A stretch of 64,000 nucleotides of DNA from Podarcis filfolensis (taxonomy: Eukaryota), in NCBI GenBank assembly GCA_964270895.1, contig OZ185435.1, one strand, 5' to 3'. The position numbers and the translations under genes were made by a program. The number at the start of each line of letters is the position of its first letter. Positions within the stretch are counted from its first letter, which is position 1. This document shows, piece by piece, positions 1-12,048 of the stretch. Under the pieces are notes generated by a model. The model did not search any database. It saw only the letters and a list, made by a program, of their open reading frames with translations, and had not been told where the DNA came from.

Positions 1-1144
1 CTCAGCATCAGATGGTGGTCTGCCGCCCTCCACCAAGGGTACCACCTTCTCCACTCTCTCTAAATAAATAAATAAATACATCCCAAATTGATAACAAATC
101 CAATCCAATCCAATCACAATACAAACAGATAAGACCAAATTACATTCCAAATTAAAGAACATTTCAGAGGGGCTTCCCACGTTCTGGATGTCTGGAGAAA
201 TTGTCTCACACATTCTCCCCCCCCCCCCCCCCGCTTTCTTCGCTGTTGTTATGCCCATTTCCAAATTCCGATCTTAACCTCTCAAAATATCTTCAGTCGC
301 CGGTGCATATCACCTCTCGCATTAAAGAAATCCATATGTCCATTCGCCTGCCGGAACACAGTTTAAGTCATGTTGTTGTCCATCAATAAGAATTCTCAGC
401 GCTGCCTTCCTCCCAAATCTGGGCTGTTGTACAAGTCTGCTTCATTTACAGGTTAATGACGCCGTAAGCTCTCAAGTTGTTTAACAAGCTGTTATTCCAA
501 CTTTTTTGTAGCCCATTTCCTGGGCTGACCTTGTGGATGGGGTCCACACCAGTTTTACCCATGATAATGTTTGGGGCTATTCTTTTTAGTCATGTAGTCT
601 GCTGCTGGGTCCCTGTTTGGAAGTGGAACCTAAGGAAACAGTATCAGTGGGAGCATCACTTCCTCACTGGTACGACAGCTGTTCCCCATAGTGCCCTACT
701 TTGGAGGACATAACCTGATTTGGATGCACAGCTCAAAAGAGTTCAAAGAAACAAGTGCAAATGCATCCCCATCATCTTAAAAAAAGCAGTGGTTTCAAAG
801 CACTGTACTGTCTTCACTTGTCAGTACAGAGCGGAGCATCAGAGTTAGCAATGCAGACATTAATGGAGATGCAATAGTTTATCTTGAATTTACTGCTGGA
901 ATAAATGATCGCTGCTTGAAAGTGAGCCGACGCTGCAGTTATCCAGAGGTTATGTTCTTTAATCTAAAGATACTGCAATTGCAACACAAAATGCTGGCAG
1001 CCAGATGCTTTTGGAAGTCAAGTATAATTACTATATTACATGATATTAAATGATGTTTGAGAGGAAATAAAATTAATTTGAGAGGAAATGTGAACCCCAC
1101 TGCAAAAGCATTTTAAAAATACAAATAAAAATTCCCCAAACCAT

Positions 1145-1378
1145 AAAGGTCAAGGCACCCCTGACCGTTAGGTCCAGTCGCGGACGACTCTGGGGTTGCG
1201 GCACTCATCTTGCTTTACTGGCCAAGGGAGCCGGCGTACAGCTTCCGGGTCATGTGGCCAGCATGACTAAACCGCTTCTGACGAACCAGAGCAGCACACG
1301 GAAATGCCATTTACCTTCCCACCGGAGCGGTACTGATCGGCAAGCCCTAGGCTCTGTGGTTTAACCCACAGCGCCACC
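1145..1378 (-). mobile_element. Sauria (Squam1) SINE with internal deletion
   Basis: Reverse complement of 34451-34800 lacking ~100 bp of the 5' body. Confidence 0.88.
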
Positions 1379-1436
1379 ATAGAGAGCACCTGACAAGCTA
1401 AGACCTATGTCCACCAAAAACCAACGTCTTACTTAA

Positions 1437-2085
1437 CAGGGTTGGCCCAGATATTTTGGTGCCTGAGGCAAACTACAAAATTGCAGCCTCCGCCCATCCT
1501 CCCTGCCAGTGAAGAAGGGCTGGGTGAAACAGGAGCAAAGGGGGAATAATATCTGGCTGGTCTGCCTAAAATCATTTTGTGATAAATTTAGCTATTTCTT
1601 CTCTGGTTTTGCATATCAAACAAACAGACGTAATCTGAGATTTGGGGCTATAAAGAATATGAATCTTTTTTAAATTCAATTGACATAGTGTTTATTGTTA
1701 TAAGGAAGGGGTTGGATAGTTTATACAGCAGAGTTTATTCTAAAAACATTTTTGTGTGCAGCAACTGTTCACTGCAAATGGCTGTGTCCCTGAGAAGCAG
1801 CCTCTGGCTGTGGAAACAAAAGACAGTTAAATCAAGAGAAGTTGCTTCACAAATTATTTTTGTTGATTGTCGACTGCAGCAATAAAACTGCTATCACAAC
1901 TTGCCAAAGCTCAGCAGATGTGGTTTCAAACTGGATGTCGAGATTCCTGTGGGGTTGGACTAGATGACTCTGGGGTCCCCCAACTCTACAACTCTATGAT
2001 TCTATGTGATATACATTGGGATCTGCGGCGCCCCATGGATCCTGCCGCCTGAGGTGGCCAACTCACTTTGCCTCATGGCCCTGCG
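1437..2085. mobile_element. Possible PIF/Harbinger-type non-autonomous element (contains a CR1 tail at ~1940-2005)
   Basis: Ends resemble AGGGTTGGCCC..GGTGCCTGAGGC and GCCGCCTGAGG..GGCCCTG, with TTAA-like flanks. Confidence 0.4.
1553..1849 (+). repeat. Unclassified interspersed repeat, copy A
   Basis: Collinear with 45003-45311, including exact 27-, 17-, 16- and 15-nt blocks. Confidence 0.8.
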
Positions 2086-2118
2086 CCTTAATAAATTGTG
2101 CCAGCCCTAAACATTCCT

Positions 2119-2253
2119 GGATAGCTCTTTGGTTAGATTTAACACCAAGGTGGCAGGTTCAATCCCTATGTGTGCCAGCTGCATATTCCTGCATTGCAGG
2201 GGATTGGACTAGATGACCCACAGGATCCCTTCCAACTTGACAGTTCTATAATT
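2119..2253 (+). mobile_element. tRNA-related SINE with CR1-like tail
   Basis: A box TAGCTCTTTGGTTAGA, B box GGTTCAATCCC, same CR1 tail as at 44160. Confidence 0.65.
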
Positions 2254-2499
2254 CCACCAAGGCTGCCCAATCAGGGCGACACCTCTCGCACAGGTAAAGT
2301 TTTGCAGGACGGTTTGACCTGCCTGTACAAAAAAATTTTTTTCCTTCCAGTAGCACCTTAAAGACCAACTAAGTTAGTTCTTGGTGTGAGCTTTCGTGTG
2401 CATGCACACTTCTTCAGATACTTCTTCAGACCTGCCTGTGTCGCTGATGGGCCAGGCCCAGGGCCAAGATTCCAACGTTAAGCAGGGGGAGGAGCCAGA

Positions 2500-3100
2500 A
2501 GGGGAGGTGGGCGGAGCCACCGCTCGCGGGTTCCTCTCGTATTGCCCGCTCTCCCAAACAGACTCAGCGGATAATGCAGTGGATAATTTGGGCGGGAGGA
2601 GGGGGCGGGGCCGCGCACGCGCGCAGCGCGCCGGGACAGCCTATAACTGCCGCGGGCCGACGCGTTCGACCTTTCACCCTGACGCTGACGGCTGAACGCG
2701 GAAGCGCGATGGCGGCGGCAGAAGGGCCGGCAGGCGGCAAGAGCGGCGCTTCCCCGTCGGCTGCGCACCGGAGGCTGCGGATCCTCTCGGGCCACCTGAG
2801 GAGCGGGCCGCCGGAGGCGCACCTGTCCGCTGCCCAGTGCCGAGGGCGGGCGGCGCCGGCGCCGGCTCGCCCTCAGCCGAGCACCTTCCCCAAGAGGCGG
2901 TAAGCGGGTGTGGCGGCGGGGGAAGCCTGGGCGAGGGCGGTTCCTCCCCGGTGGGACGCCAGCTGGATGGGGGCTTCCCGAGACAGGGGGCAAGGCCTCG
3001 CCCCGCCGCCCCTCGCGGAAAGGGCCCGAAGCCGGTGCTTTCCTTGCACGAAGAAGGGGACGGAGAGGCAGGAAAAAGCCGTTGCCGCTTTCCGCTATTC
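2500..3100 (+). promoter_or_regulatory. CpG island / AGPS promoter
   Basis: Sharp rise in GC and CpG content over exon 1. GC boxes (GGGCGG ~2508, GGGGCGGGG ~2602), NRF1-like GCGCACGCGCGCA ~2613, TATA-like TATAAC 2642, two TGACG half-sites ~2680-2690, strong Kozak gcgcgATGG at 2709. Confidence 0.85.
2709..2899 (+). CDS. AGPS: AGPS exon 1 (PTS2 targeting presequence)
   Basis: MAAAEGPAGG...RRLRILSGHL...QCRG...TFPKR(R). PTS2 RL-x5-HL at 2772-2798. Donor CG|gtaagc. Confidence 0.95.
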
Positions 3101-3194
3101 CTCCCTTTGGCCTCATTTAATTCAAAAAGAGAGTTTGGGGGCACACTCAAGTCTCATTTCTCCATAACATCTGAATTAGGAGGTCATATGTAGG

Positions 3195-4010
3195 CCCCCT
3201 GGGCCAGTGCCTGGGTTATTAAATCTAGCCGACAGGGTCTGATTGGTTGGGTCCAGAGCATGGTTAATGCTTCATTACTTGTGGGGGGAATGGTCTCTGA
3301 TGTCTTGAAAAAGGTAGGTGTGTGGCTTCTCCTAAAGAAACCGACTTTGAACACCTTAGACTGGAACAACTGTTGACCAGTAACAAATACACCCTTTTGG
3401 AGGATGATGGGGCAGCTGCAAGCATGTTTTGATAGCGGATTATTTAGATCTGTTCTAATCTGGGTTCAGGTCTGGCCATGGGACTGAGTTGCCCTTGCTC
3501 TTCCTAATGGATGATATTTGCAGTGGGTGGGAGAGGGTGTGTGTGAGCTTGATCCTGCTTCTTGATCTCTGGCTTTTGACACCATCGACCATGGTATCTT
3601 CCGTGACTGGCTCTAGAATGGGAATTTGAAGCACTGTGTTACAATGATTTTGGTTCTACTTCTGGGACTAAGGAGAGTGGGACTGGGAAAGTACTTTTCA
3701 GGCTTCTGTAGGTTACTTTATGAGGTGCTGCAAGGCACTATCTTAACTCCATTGTTGTTCAACACCTATATGAAGCTCCCAGGAATAATCATTAGGAGTT
3801 TGGAAACAAGGTACCAGCAGCATGCTGATGACAGACAGTTCTATTTCTCCATAACATATGACTTGGGAGAGAGCATTGGAATCTGCATGAAAGCAGTGGC
3901 GAGATGGATAAGGAAATATAAGCTGCATTTGAATCCGGGCAGGATAGAGGCACTGTGGGCGAGTGGTTCCTGTGCCTCAGAAGTTGCTATGAGCTTCAGG
4001 TGCCATGTCC
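3195..4010 (+). mobile_element. L2 (CR1/L2 clade) LINE RT fragment, degenerate
   Basis: Frameshifted motifs resembling FQSGFRPGHGTE, LLDLSAFDTIDH, QGTILTPLLFNTYM and QQHADD. Confidence 0.75.
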
Positions 4011-4057
4011 AAATAAATAACTTGTACATCTGTCCCCACTAAGGTATGAGCTCTATA

Positions 4058-4275
4058 CAGTAGTACCTCGGGTTAAGAACTTAATTCGTTCTGGAGGTCC
4101 GTTCTTAACCTGAAACTGTTCGTAACCTGAGGTACCACTTTAGCTAATGGGGCCTCCCGCTGCTACCGCCGCACAATTTCTGTTCTCATCCTGAAGCAAA
4201 ATTCTTAACCTGAGGTACTATTTATGGGTTAGCGGAGTCTGTAACCTGAAGCGTCTGTAACCCGAGGTACCACTG
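4058..4275. mobile_element. Tc1/mariner (Tigger-like) MITE family A, orientation 1
   Basis: TA TSD, TIR CAGTAGTACCTCGGGTTA / TAACCCGAGGTACCACTG. Confidence 0.9.
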
Positions 4276-4687
4276 TATAAGGATACAGCTTGTGCATTAT
4301 ACTGCAGGGAAGACACACCCACCCACCTTCCTGTGTTGGACAAGAAACACAAAAGTTGAGAGCGCAAGTCAGTTGATGGTAATGTCCAAAGTAGCTCAGA
4401 TTCAGTTTCCCCCATTTCTGTTACATGAAAGTCTTGAAGACCAAGTTAGTTAAATAGGAGTTATGGGGGGTGCGGTGGGGTAGGGTGTTTGCAGTTTATA
4501 TATCTATGAACCTGTAGAGAATAAACCTATTTATGATAGCATTTATTTAACTTAACAGTGCATTTGGTATTTCATATTTCCATTATTGAAGATTATACTA
4601 ATATGCCACTACAGTAGTGACATCTTGATTAGTAGCTGCTGCTTGGTTAGACCCTGAGTTCCTTGTTTGAATGTTTGAAATTTAGTA

Positions 4688-4947
4688 CAGTGGTACCTCG
4701 GGATGCAAACGGGATCCATTCCAGAGCCCCATTCAAATCCCGAACGGAACACAAGACGCGACAGTGCGTCTGAGCGTGCTCATGCCGCGTTTCGCCGCTT
4801 CCGCGCATGCGCGTGATGTCATTTTGAGTGTCTGCACATGTGCGAGCGGCGAAACCTGGAAGTAACGTGCTCCATTACTTCCAGGTTGCCGCAGAGCGCA
4901 ACTCGAACTCGCTCAACCCGAAGCGCATTCAACTTGAGGTATGACTG
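4688..4947. mobile_element. Tc1/mariner MITE family B (CpG-rich interior)
   Basis: TA TSD, CAGTGGTACCTC / GAGGTATGACTG termini. Confidence 0.85.
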
Positions 4948-7900
4948 TATTCCTAATTAATACTTGACAGACCACCATAGAACATGAACAGGATAGGGTA
5001 GAACAGCCAGGTAGTCAAATCTCCTGTCTGTTTAAATTTTGGTGAACAAGCAGGGCAATGTGACTGAAACACTTACCAGGTTGGGTGGTAACGCTTTCTT
5101 CTGCACAATTTTCTTAATTAAAATTGCATACAGTATGCATAAGATTTCCCCGCAAGGAAATAGTGCGTTTTTGTGGAGAGTTCATTGGGAAAGCGTTGCA
5201 AGGAGAGTGGTTTAACCTCCTTCCCACAGTGCCATGGCCCAGATCTGGATTGGATTCTCCTTCAGCTGCTATTTGCTGAAATTCTAAGCAGTGGAACGTC
5301 CACTTATGAATCTCAAGCATCTTGTCTTGTTTGGCTTTAAGAAACTTGTTGACTTTATCTAGATTTACTCTCAGTGCATAGTGCCAACAGCTCCCTCTCC
5401 CCCGATACCTTTTCTTAAGAAATCAACCTTTTATTTAGGTAAGGATATTCAGACTGTGAGGCAAATGGTTACAAAACAAAATGTGAATTACTTTGCTTGT
5501 TAAGGGAGTTTCCTGGTGGGCAGTAGGAGTTCATGGAATGTGTCAAGAGAAGAGGAGGTTCGGTGCATTGTGAAAGGACTGGGATTAAGTGAACAGAAAA
5601 ATCATACCTTAAATGACAGCATTATCATTAAGTATTATGTGTCCTGCTAAGATATTATCACATGATCTCTTTAACCCCCGCTTTGCCCCTGGCAGGAGCA
5701 GACTTGCTATCTAAAGTCCTACTGACTGTATCTTCAGTCTTGAGAAGCCAGTTGCCCAAGAGAGATCAGCCCATAGGCAAGGAGGTCATTAGCAGTTTTT
5801 GACTCCTGCTTGTTCCTATGATTAAGTAAGCTTTTGCGTGACAGCATTGATGGGCTCAGGTTGTTCCCGAGGCCGCAGGTAGTGCAGAATGTGGTGGCCC
5901 TATGCAGCTCAAGCCCAGTATACTTGCCCTGTCTTAACCTTTATATACCCAGTAGGTTACTGCATCTTGCAGGAGTGTTTCTCCTTCAAGTTCTGAAGAT
6001 CTCAAAAGCTTGCTCTACAGTAACAGAGAGCTATGCCTCTTCTGTGGAGTGGCACTCCAGTTGAAATGTGACCTGTACCTTCCTTATGCACTTTTTTTGG
6101 AAACAAAGACACTCTTGTTCCGATAAGTAATTCCAGCTAGATGAATAGGTTTCTGCGTAGGTGTCCATTCTGTATTTCTTGTAAATTCATCTTTCGTTAG
6201 TTTTGTGCTGTTCTGTTACTGTTTTTAATGTATTTGGGACATCACCTTGGGCATATGTGAAAGTGAGAAATAAGAACAACAACGTTCTTAAACACACACA
6301 CACACTTCTCTTTTTTCTGCAGCTGGAGGTTGCCTGGTGGAGAAGGAGAAACCATTGGCATTCCAAAGGGGTGGAGGGAAATTCTCAGCTGATGGATCAG
6401 TTCCAGAACCAAGCCAACCTCTGTGGGCCATTAGACTATACCTACACTGTTGACAAGCCTATACTGCTTCCTTTTACCATCCAAAGAGGAAGCAGAGGCA
6501 TATCTCTTAGTGCTGTGGTTCATAGCACTAAGATCAGTATGTCTGTTCTTAGTTCAGGAAAGCCACATCTCCATGTCTTGTCTTATGATGCCAGGCGGCA
6601 GGTGTGTGTGATTTGCTTTTCTTCTGCTTACTTCCAACAGGGACCTAAAGCAGGAAATTTCAGCAGCACCAGGCATGCCATGCAAGAGGACTGGTGTCTT
6701 CTATTATTGTGTTTCTACATTCAAATGCCTCTGTCAGGGGTCCTGCTTGCTGTAACTACTGAGGCCAAGAAAGTACCCCAGTCTCTCACTGAGACTCCAT
6801 AGCTGCTGGCAAGAAATGTATTGTTTTTTGGTCCCCCATTACACGTTAGGCAAATGAGTTGTCATGCTAAGTCATACTCAAACCCATTGGAAGAAATGGT
6901 CCTAAGATAGTCATGACAGTTTTAAGTCCACTGATTTCAGTGCATCTACTCAGATTATCACATGGTTGGCAAGATCCATTCATTGACTCCCTTAATTTAT
7001 ACTACAAGTGAAACTTCAGACTGAGTGTTTGGTATTTTTGAAAGTCCCTTGCTTTCAAAGTCTCCCTTAAAGACTTTTTTTAAAAATGGCTGTAGATTCT
7101 GTTGCAGATCTTTAAAAAAGAAAAATGTTCTGCTGCATATATTTTGTTTGGGTGATATTAGAGGTCCACTAAGTTTGGATGGGCTTGGTACTCGGTTATT
7201 GTTTCTAGTAGCCAAATTTTTGATGCTGTATGGAAGCAAAGTACATATTGTCTTAGCCGTGTAGTTTCACATTTCAAGCAACACATTCATCAGAGGATTA
7301 AAAATAGAAAACAATAAGATGAAATTTTTTCAGAGTTGGAGAATCTCTTAGCTGTTTGAAAAACTTTCTTCAGTATGTATCAAGAGCACATTTCTTACTT
7401 CAGTCATTATCAGCTACTTAATGGCATCTCCTCTTAAGCCAACTGTCAGATCATATTTCAAACGAACATTTTAACCAACAAGAGAAAGTCTCAGTAGTGA
7501 TTTATAGGAGTTTCAAAAATAATTGAAGAAAGGAGGACTTGCTGGTCTTTGCCCTAGGGATTGAACTCCAGGGTTATTGTGGGGTTTGGGCAAGGTTATG
7601 TTTTTTCCATTCCCCCGTCACTCATCCACGTTCCTCAAAGATTTCTTGGGCGCACGGCAGGGAGTAATCCTTCCAGAACATTTGGAAGTTAATTCCTGTT
7701 ATCTTTGTCCCTCGGATATAATAAGATACAGTAGCCATCACTAATCGCCACTTAATTATCTCTGCCAAGGGTCTTGACAGAGATGACTAACCAGCCATGA
7801 GGTCTCCCCGGAAGTCCTGAAACCCACTAGATTTTTGTGGTTGTAAGTTGTTTACAGTTTCAGTTTTTGATACTGTCTTAATTGTTGTAACCTGCCCTGG

Positions 7901-8734
7901 GACATTGGGGAAAAGTGTGAGATGGCAGCAAAATTATTATTATAAGCTGCAACCCAAGATAAAAGAGCACACCTAGCTACTTTAAAAGAATTGAGATTCA
8001 CGGATGCTGTGATTACTAAGAACCAGCATGGTTTCTCAAAAACAAGTCATGCAAGACGAATCTCTTTCCTTCTCTCTCTGGATAAGGCTACAAGCCTGGT
8101 GGATCATGGGAATGCTATGGATGTTGTGCACCTTGCTTTCAGTAAGGCTTTTGACAAAGTTCCCCATCATATTCTTGTAGAGAAGCTGGTAAAATGTGGG
8201 TTGGATGAGGTAACTCTTAGGTGGATTTATAGCTGGTTGACTGACCAATCCCAAAGAGTGCTCAATAACTGTTCCTTATCCTGGAAAAAAGTGACAAGCG
8301 GAGTGCCACAAGATTCTGTCCTGGGCCTGTTGTTGTTCAGCATCTTTATAAAGAACTTGGACAAAGGAATTGAGGGGATGCTCATCACATTTGCAGATGA
8401 CACCAAACTGGAGCTGCAGACAGAATCGGGATTCAATATGACCATAACAGATTGGAGAACTGGGCCCAAATTAACAAAATGAAATTCAGTAGGGACAAAT
8501 GTAAGGCTCTTCACTTAGACAGGAAGAACCAGCTGCACAAATATAAGATGGGGGACACCTGGCTTACTAGCAGTACATGTGAAAAGGATCTAGGGGTCTT
8601 AGTAGACACAAGCTTAACGTGAGTCAAAAGTATGATGCAGCAGCAAAACAAACCAAAAAAGCTAATGCTAAGCTGCATCAGCAGAAGTCTAATGTTCAGA
8701 TCAAGGGTAGTAATAATAACACTCTATTCTGCCT

Positions 8735-8786
8735 GGCGGGCTCTGGTCCATGGGGTCACAAAGAGTCAGACACAACTAAACAACAA
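8735..8786 (+). mobile_element. 52-bp BovB 3' end inserted inside CR1
   Basis: GCTCTGGTCCATGGGGTCAC..AGAGTCAGACAC..CAACAA flanked by 9-bp TSD ATTCTGCCT (8726-8734 and 8787-8795). Confidence 0.85.
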
Positions 8787-8923
8787 ATTCTGCCTTGGTC
8801 AGACCACACTTGGAGTACTGTGTCTAGTTCTGGACACCACGATTTAAGGACATTGACAAGCTGGAATGTGTGCAGAGGAGAGTGACGAAGATGATCAAGA
8901 CTCTGCAAACCAAGACTTATGAA

Positions 8924-9273
8924 CAGTATAAACTCTGATATATCAGTTAGGTGGCAAATGGCTCCTTAAACCATTTGGAAGTCGCCAAAACGGAATGTCT
9001 AGTTGCCATTTTGGGGCCAGGAGGCTTGAAAGTTGTATTTTTCAACACGACATCTTGATTCTTGAAATTTGCTCTGTGCAGATAAAATATCACAAATAGA
9101 ATACTACAGGATGTGTTGTTAGCATGTGAAAACAGGCAAGTTCCAAGGATACCTAGGCATGCACCTCCACATGGTGGAGGCATCAGGTGCCATTCTGGCA
9201 CCCGGGCATCTTCACTTGGTCGCAAGTGGCTGATATCCAGGTGCAACATGCCTCTGGCGAATTTCAAATGCTG
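8924..9273. mobile_element. Non-autonomous hAT-like element nested in CR1
   Basis: CAG...CTG termini with 8-bp TSD CTTATGAA/CTTATGAG (8916-8923, 9274-9281); the CR1 sequence resumes on both sides. Confidence 0.65.
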
Positions 9274-9875
9274 CTTATGAGGAATGGTTGAGGGAATTGG
9301 GGATGTTTAGCCTGGAAGAGAGGAAATTAAACAGCCATCTTCAAGTATCTAAAGGGCTGTCACATGGAAGATGGAGCAAGATTGTTTTCTCCTGCTCCGG
9401 AGGGTAGGACCTGAACAAATGGCTGCAAGTTGTAAGGGAGGAGCTTCCAACTAAACATCAGAAATGACTTTCTGATAGTAAGGGCTGTTTAACAGTGGAA
9501 TGGACTCCCTTGGGAGGTTGTGAATCCCCTTCCTTGGAGGTTTTTAAGCAGAGGTTGGATGGCCATCTGTCATGGTTGCTTTAGTTCAGATTCCTGCATT
9601 GCAGGGCTTGGCCTAGATGACCCTTGAGGACCCTTGCAGCTCTGCAACTCTGATTCTTCTTCTTCTACTGCTGCTACTACTACTACTAATTATATTTCAG
9701 CCTTTGGCCTGAGCCTCCAGCACTGTTTTTTGCTAAAACTTTAAGAGATAGTGCCTTTTGCATACGTATCTTAAGTACTCCGTGAGAGGTGTGAGCTTTC
9801 TTTTTCCAGGTAATCTCTGTTATATTAGGTCTAATTTGAGACGAATGAACTGTCATCTCCTTATCAACACGATGA

Positions 9876-10122
9876 AGCCTTTCTGTGGTGCAGTGGTTAA
9901 GAGCTGTAGACTCGTAATCTGGGGAACCGGGTTCGCTTCCCCGCTCCTCCACATGCAGCTGCTGGGTGACCTTGGGCCAGTCACACTTCTCTGAAGTCTC
10001 TCAGCCTCACTCACCTCACAGAGTGTTTGTTGTGGGGGAGGAAGGGAAAGGAGACTGTTAGCTGCTTTGAGACTCCTTCGGGTAGTGATAAAGCGGGATA
10101 TCAAATCCAAACTCCTCTTCTT
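9876..10122 (+). mobile_element. Squam3-type tRNA-derived SINE with L2-like tail
   Basis: A box TGGTGCAGTGGTTAAGAG, B box GGTTCGCTTCC, body GCAGCTGCTGGGTGACCTTGGGCCAGTCAC, tail CTTTGAGACTCCTTCGGGTAGTGATAAAGCGGGATATCAAATCC. Confidence 0.85.
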
Positions 10123-10129
10123 TCTCTTT

Positions 10130-11095
10130 TCTGATCTTCCATATTTGTTAGAGTTGTAAATGTTTGTTCACGGCAATATATCATGGAGAGTTATAGAAGA
10201 ATAGCCAATGCTCTTCAAGAGAGTTGTGGATATTGTTTCTGGTTGTATATCCAAAAAGAGTTCAGTGACATATTTCTGTGTTTCATTTTCAAATTGTGAT
10301 CGCTCAAAATGTAGGCCATTTCCTCCTCCTCATTCAGTGTCAGTCCTGTATAGCTGCAATTCACAAAAGTGCCTCAATATTTGTTGACATTAACTATTCT
10401 TCCGTGAATTTTATCACCAGACAAAGGAATTTCCATAACTTGTTATTCAGCATCTTCATCAAACAAATTTTTCACAATCAAGCCACAGACAGGCTTAATC
10501 AGTTTTTCAGCTGCTGTATGTGCTTTGTCTGTTGAGCAATCAATTCAGCCAGTTGGTAAGGTATAATTTGCATCTTACCTGAGACTTTACTCATTTTTCG
10601 AAATATGATCGTTGGCATTTCCACTGTTCCAACTGCCTTTCAAAATACTGAAACATTGCATTTTCGTATGTTTGGGGGCCATATTGGAATTGGAAAGCTT
10701 CTCACCGCAGATCAGACACATAGATTGAGGGACATTTTCATCTTCAGTCCATGTGAATCTGAGACTTGGATAGCTATCCACATATTGTTGACTAACTTTC
10801 TTTTTTGGAGGTCTGCTTAGACTTGCTACTGGCGTTGAATTAAACTAGTCTTCTCCAGCACTCTGTTTGAATGGTGATTCTGGATCACAACTAGGATTGC
10901 TTTCAGTATCACTTGATGCTCATGCTCTCATTTCAAAAATATATCTATCCATATTCTGCAAATAAAGTGATTTTGATACTATACAGTACACTGGAGTGTT
11001 CAAATGTTTTTTGATTATTCTTTAATCTTCCTCCTGCACATGCCATCCTCTCCTGCTACACCAGTGGGGTGAACCGCACCTTTTGAGAACCGCTG
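10130..11095 (-). mobile_element. hAT/Charlie DNA transposon remnant
   Basis: Minus strand begins with Charlie-type TIR CAGCGGTTCTCAAA (11095). Decayed transposase: BED-finger FTWTEDENVPQSMCLICGEKLSNSNMAP (10587-10781) and downstream EIPLSGDKIHGRI-like motif. Confidence 0.75.
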
Positions 11096-11938
11096 TGTTA
11101 AGTTGTCTGTTAAGCTATGGTGTAACATCCGCATTTATGATAGTTATCAGATTCAAGTAATGATGTGGGTGGTAGACACACCATGAAACTGTGTGTCTTT
11201 TTAAATAAAGGTGGCATCAGATTTGGAATTGTTTTCATAGGTAGATGTGCTTAGATATTTTAATTGTGTGTTAATTTATCAGTGACATGTTTCCCAACCT
11301 GGGCTCATTTGGAAGGATGAAGGCATATAAATATGATAAATAAGATAGTAATGAAAATGACTTGGATTAGCAAGGAGGAAGGAAGTTCATTCAGTCTGCT
11401 GGTGTGGGTGTTAAATGTGTTTTTGAGAATTGAGGTGTTAATTATTTTAAGCTGTGGTGTATGCATTGCATGGGTAGGTTAGAAATTCTCAGATTAATTA
11501 ATGGGAGTCAGTATTTCTCTGTCCAGAAGGCAATCCGTGATGGTTTGTTTTTGATTTAGCTGGAACTATACTGCACGTTCTCAATTTGAGGGGTGGAAAC
11601 TTCTAAAAGCTCTCCTTATTTTATTCTTGTATTTATATATTAAGCTCAAACAATTCCATAGTGTACACATCTGTCTGCCAGCGGGATGCACTTTGCTTGA
11701 ACAATGGGACTTCCCCTTCATCTCCTTCCCCTTGCAGTTCCCTTGTGTGCCTGTCCAGTCAGCTGCAGAGAGTAGAGGGAAGTTCTACATGAAACTCGAT
11801 TTTACCTATGATTTAGATTTTAAAGATTGCGGGGGGGGGGATATGAAGGTACTGAAAACTATTAACCTGCTCAAATAATTATCTAAAAATTTATGTATCT
11901 AAAATTACAGTTGTGGTAGTTAACTAGTATTGTTCTTG

Positions 11939-12048
11939 AAACATGAGTTTGACCAAACTGCGGGAGGCAGTGGAAGACAGGAGTGCCTGGTGTGCTCTGG
12001 TCCACGGGGTCACGAAGAGTCGGACACGACTAAACGACTAGACAACAA
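11939..12048 (+). mobile_element. BovB LINE 3' end fragment
   Basis: Near-identical to 59451-59559 (AACATGAGTTTGACCAAACTG...GAAGAGTCGGACACGACTAAAC). Confidence 0.9.

Larger units (their letters stand above)
8000..9656 (+). mobile_element. CR1 LINE, 5'-truncated and degenerate, with two nested insertions
   Basis: RT motifs FSKAFDKVPH, SGVPQDSVLG, FADDTKL, then the PHLEYCV-like region and the CR1 tail ATTCCTGCATTGCAGGG...CTAGATGACC...TGATTCT. Confidence 0.92.

Noticed and set aside
80-470. Possible L1/Tx1 3' fragment on the - strand
   Set aside because: Only a faint AALRILI-type resemblance; too decayed to call without a search.
2396-3193. Overlapping 85-212 aa ORFs on both strands
   Set aside because: Stop-poor GC-rich CpG island; only the frame with the PTS2 and the 2899 donor is supported.
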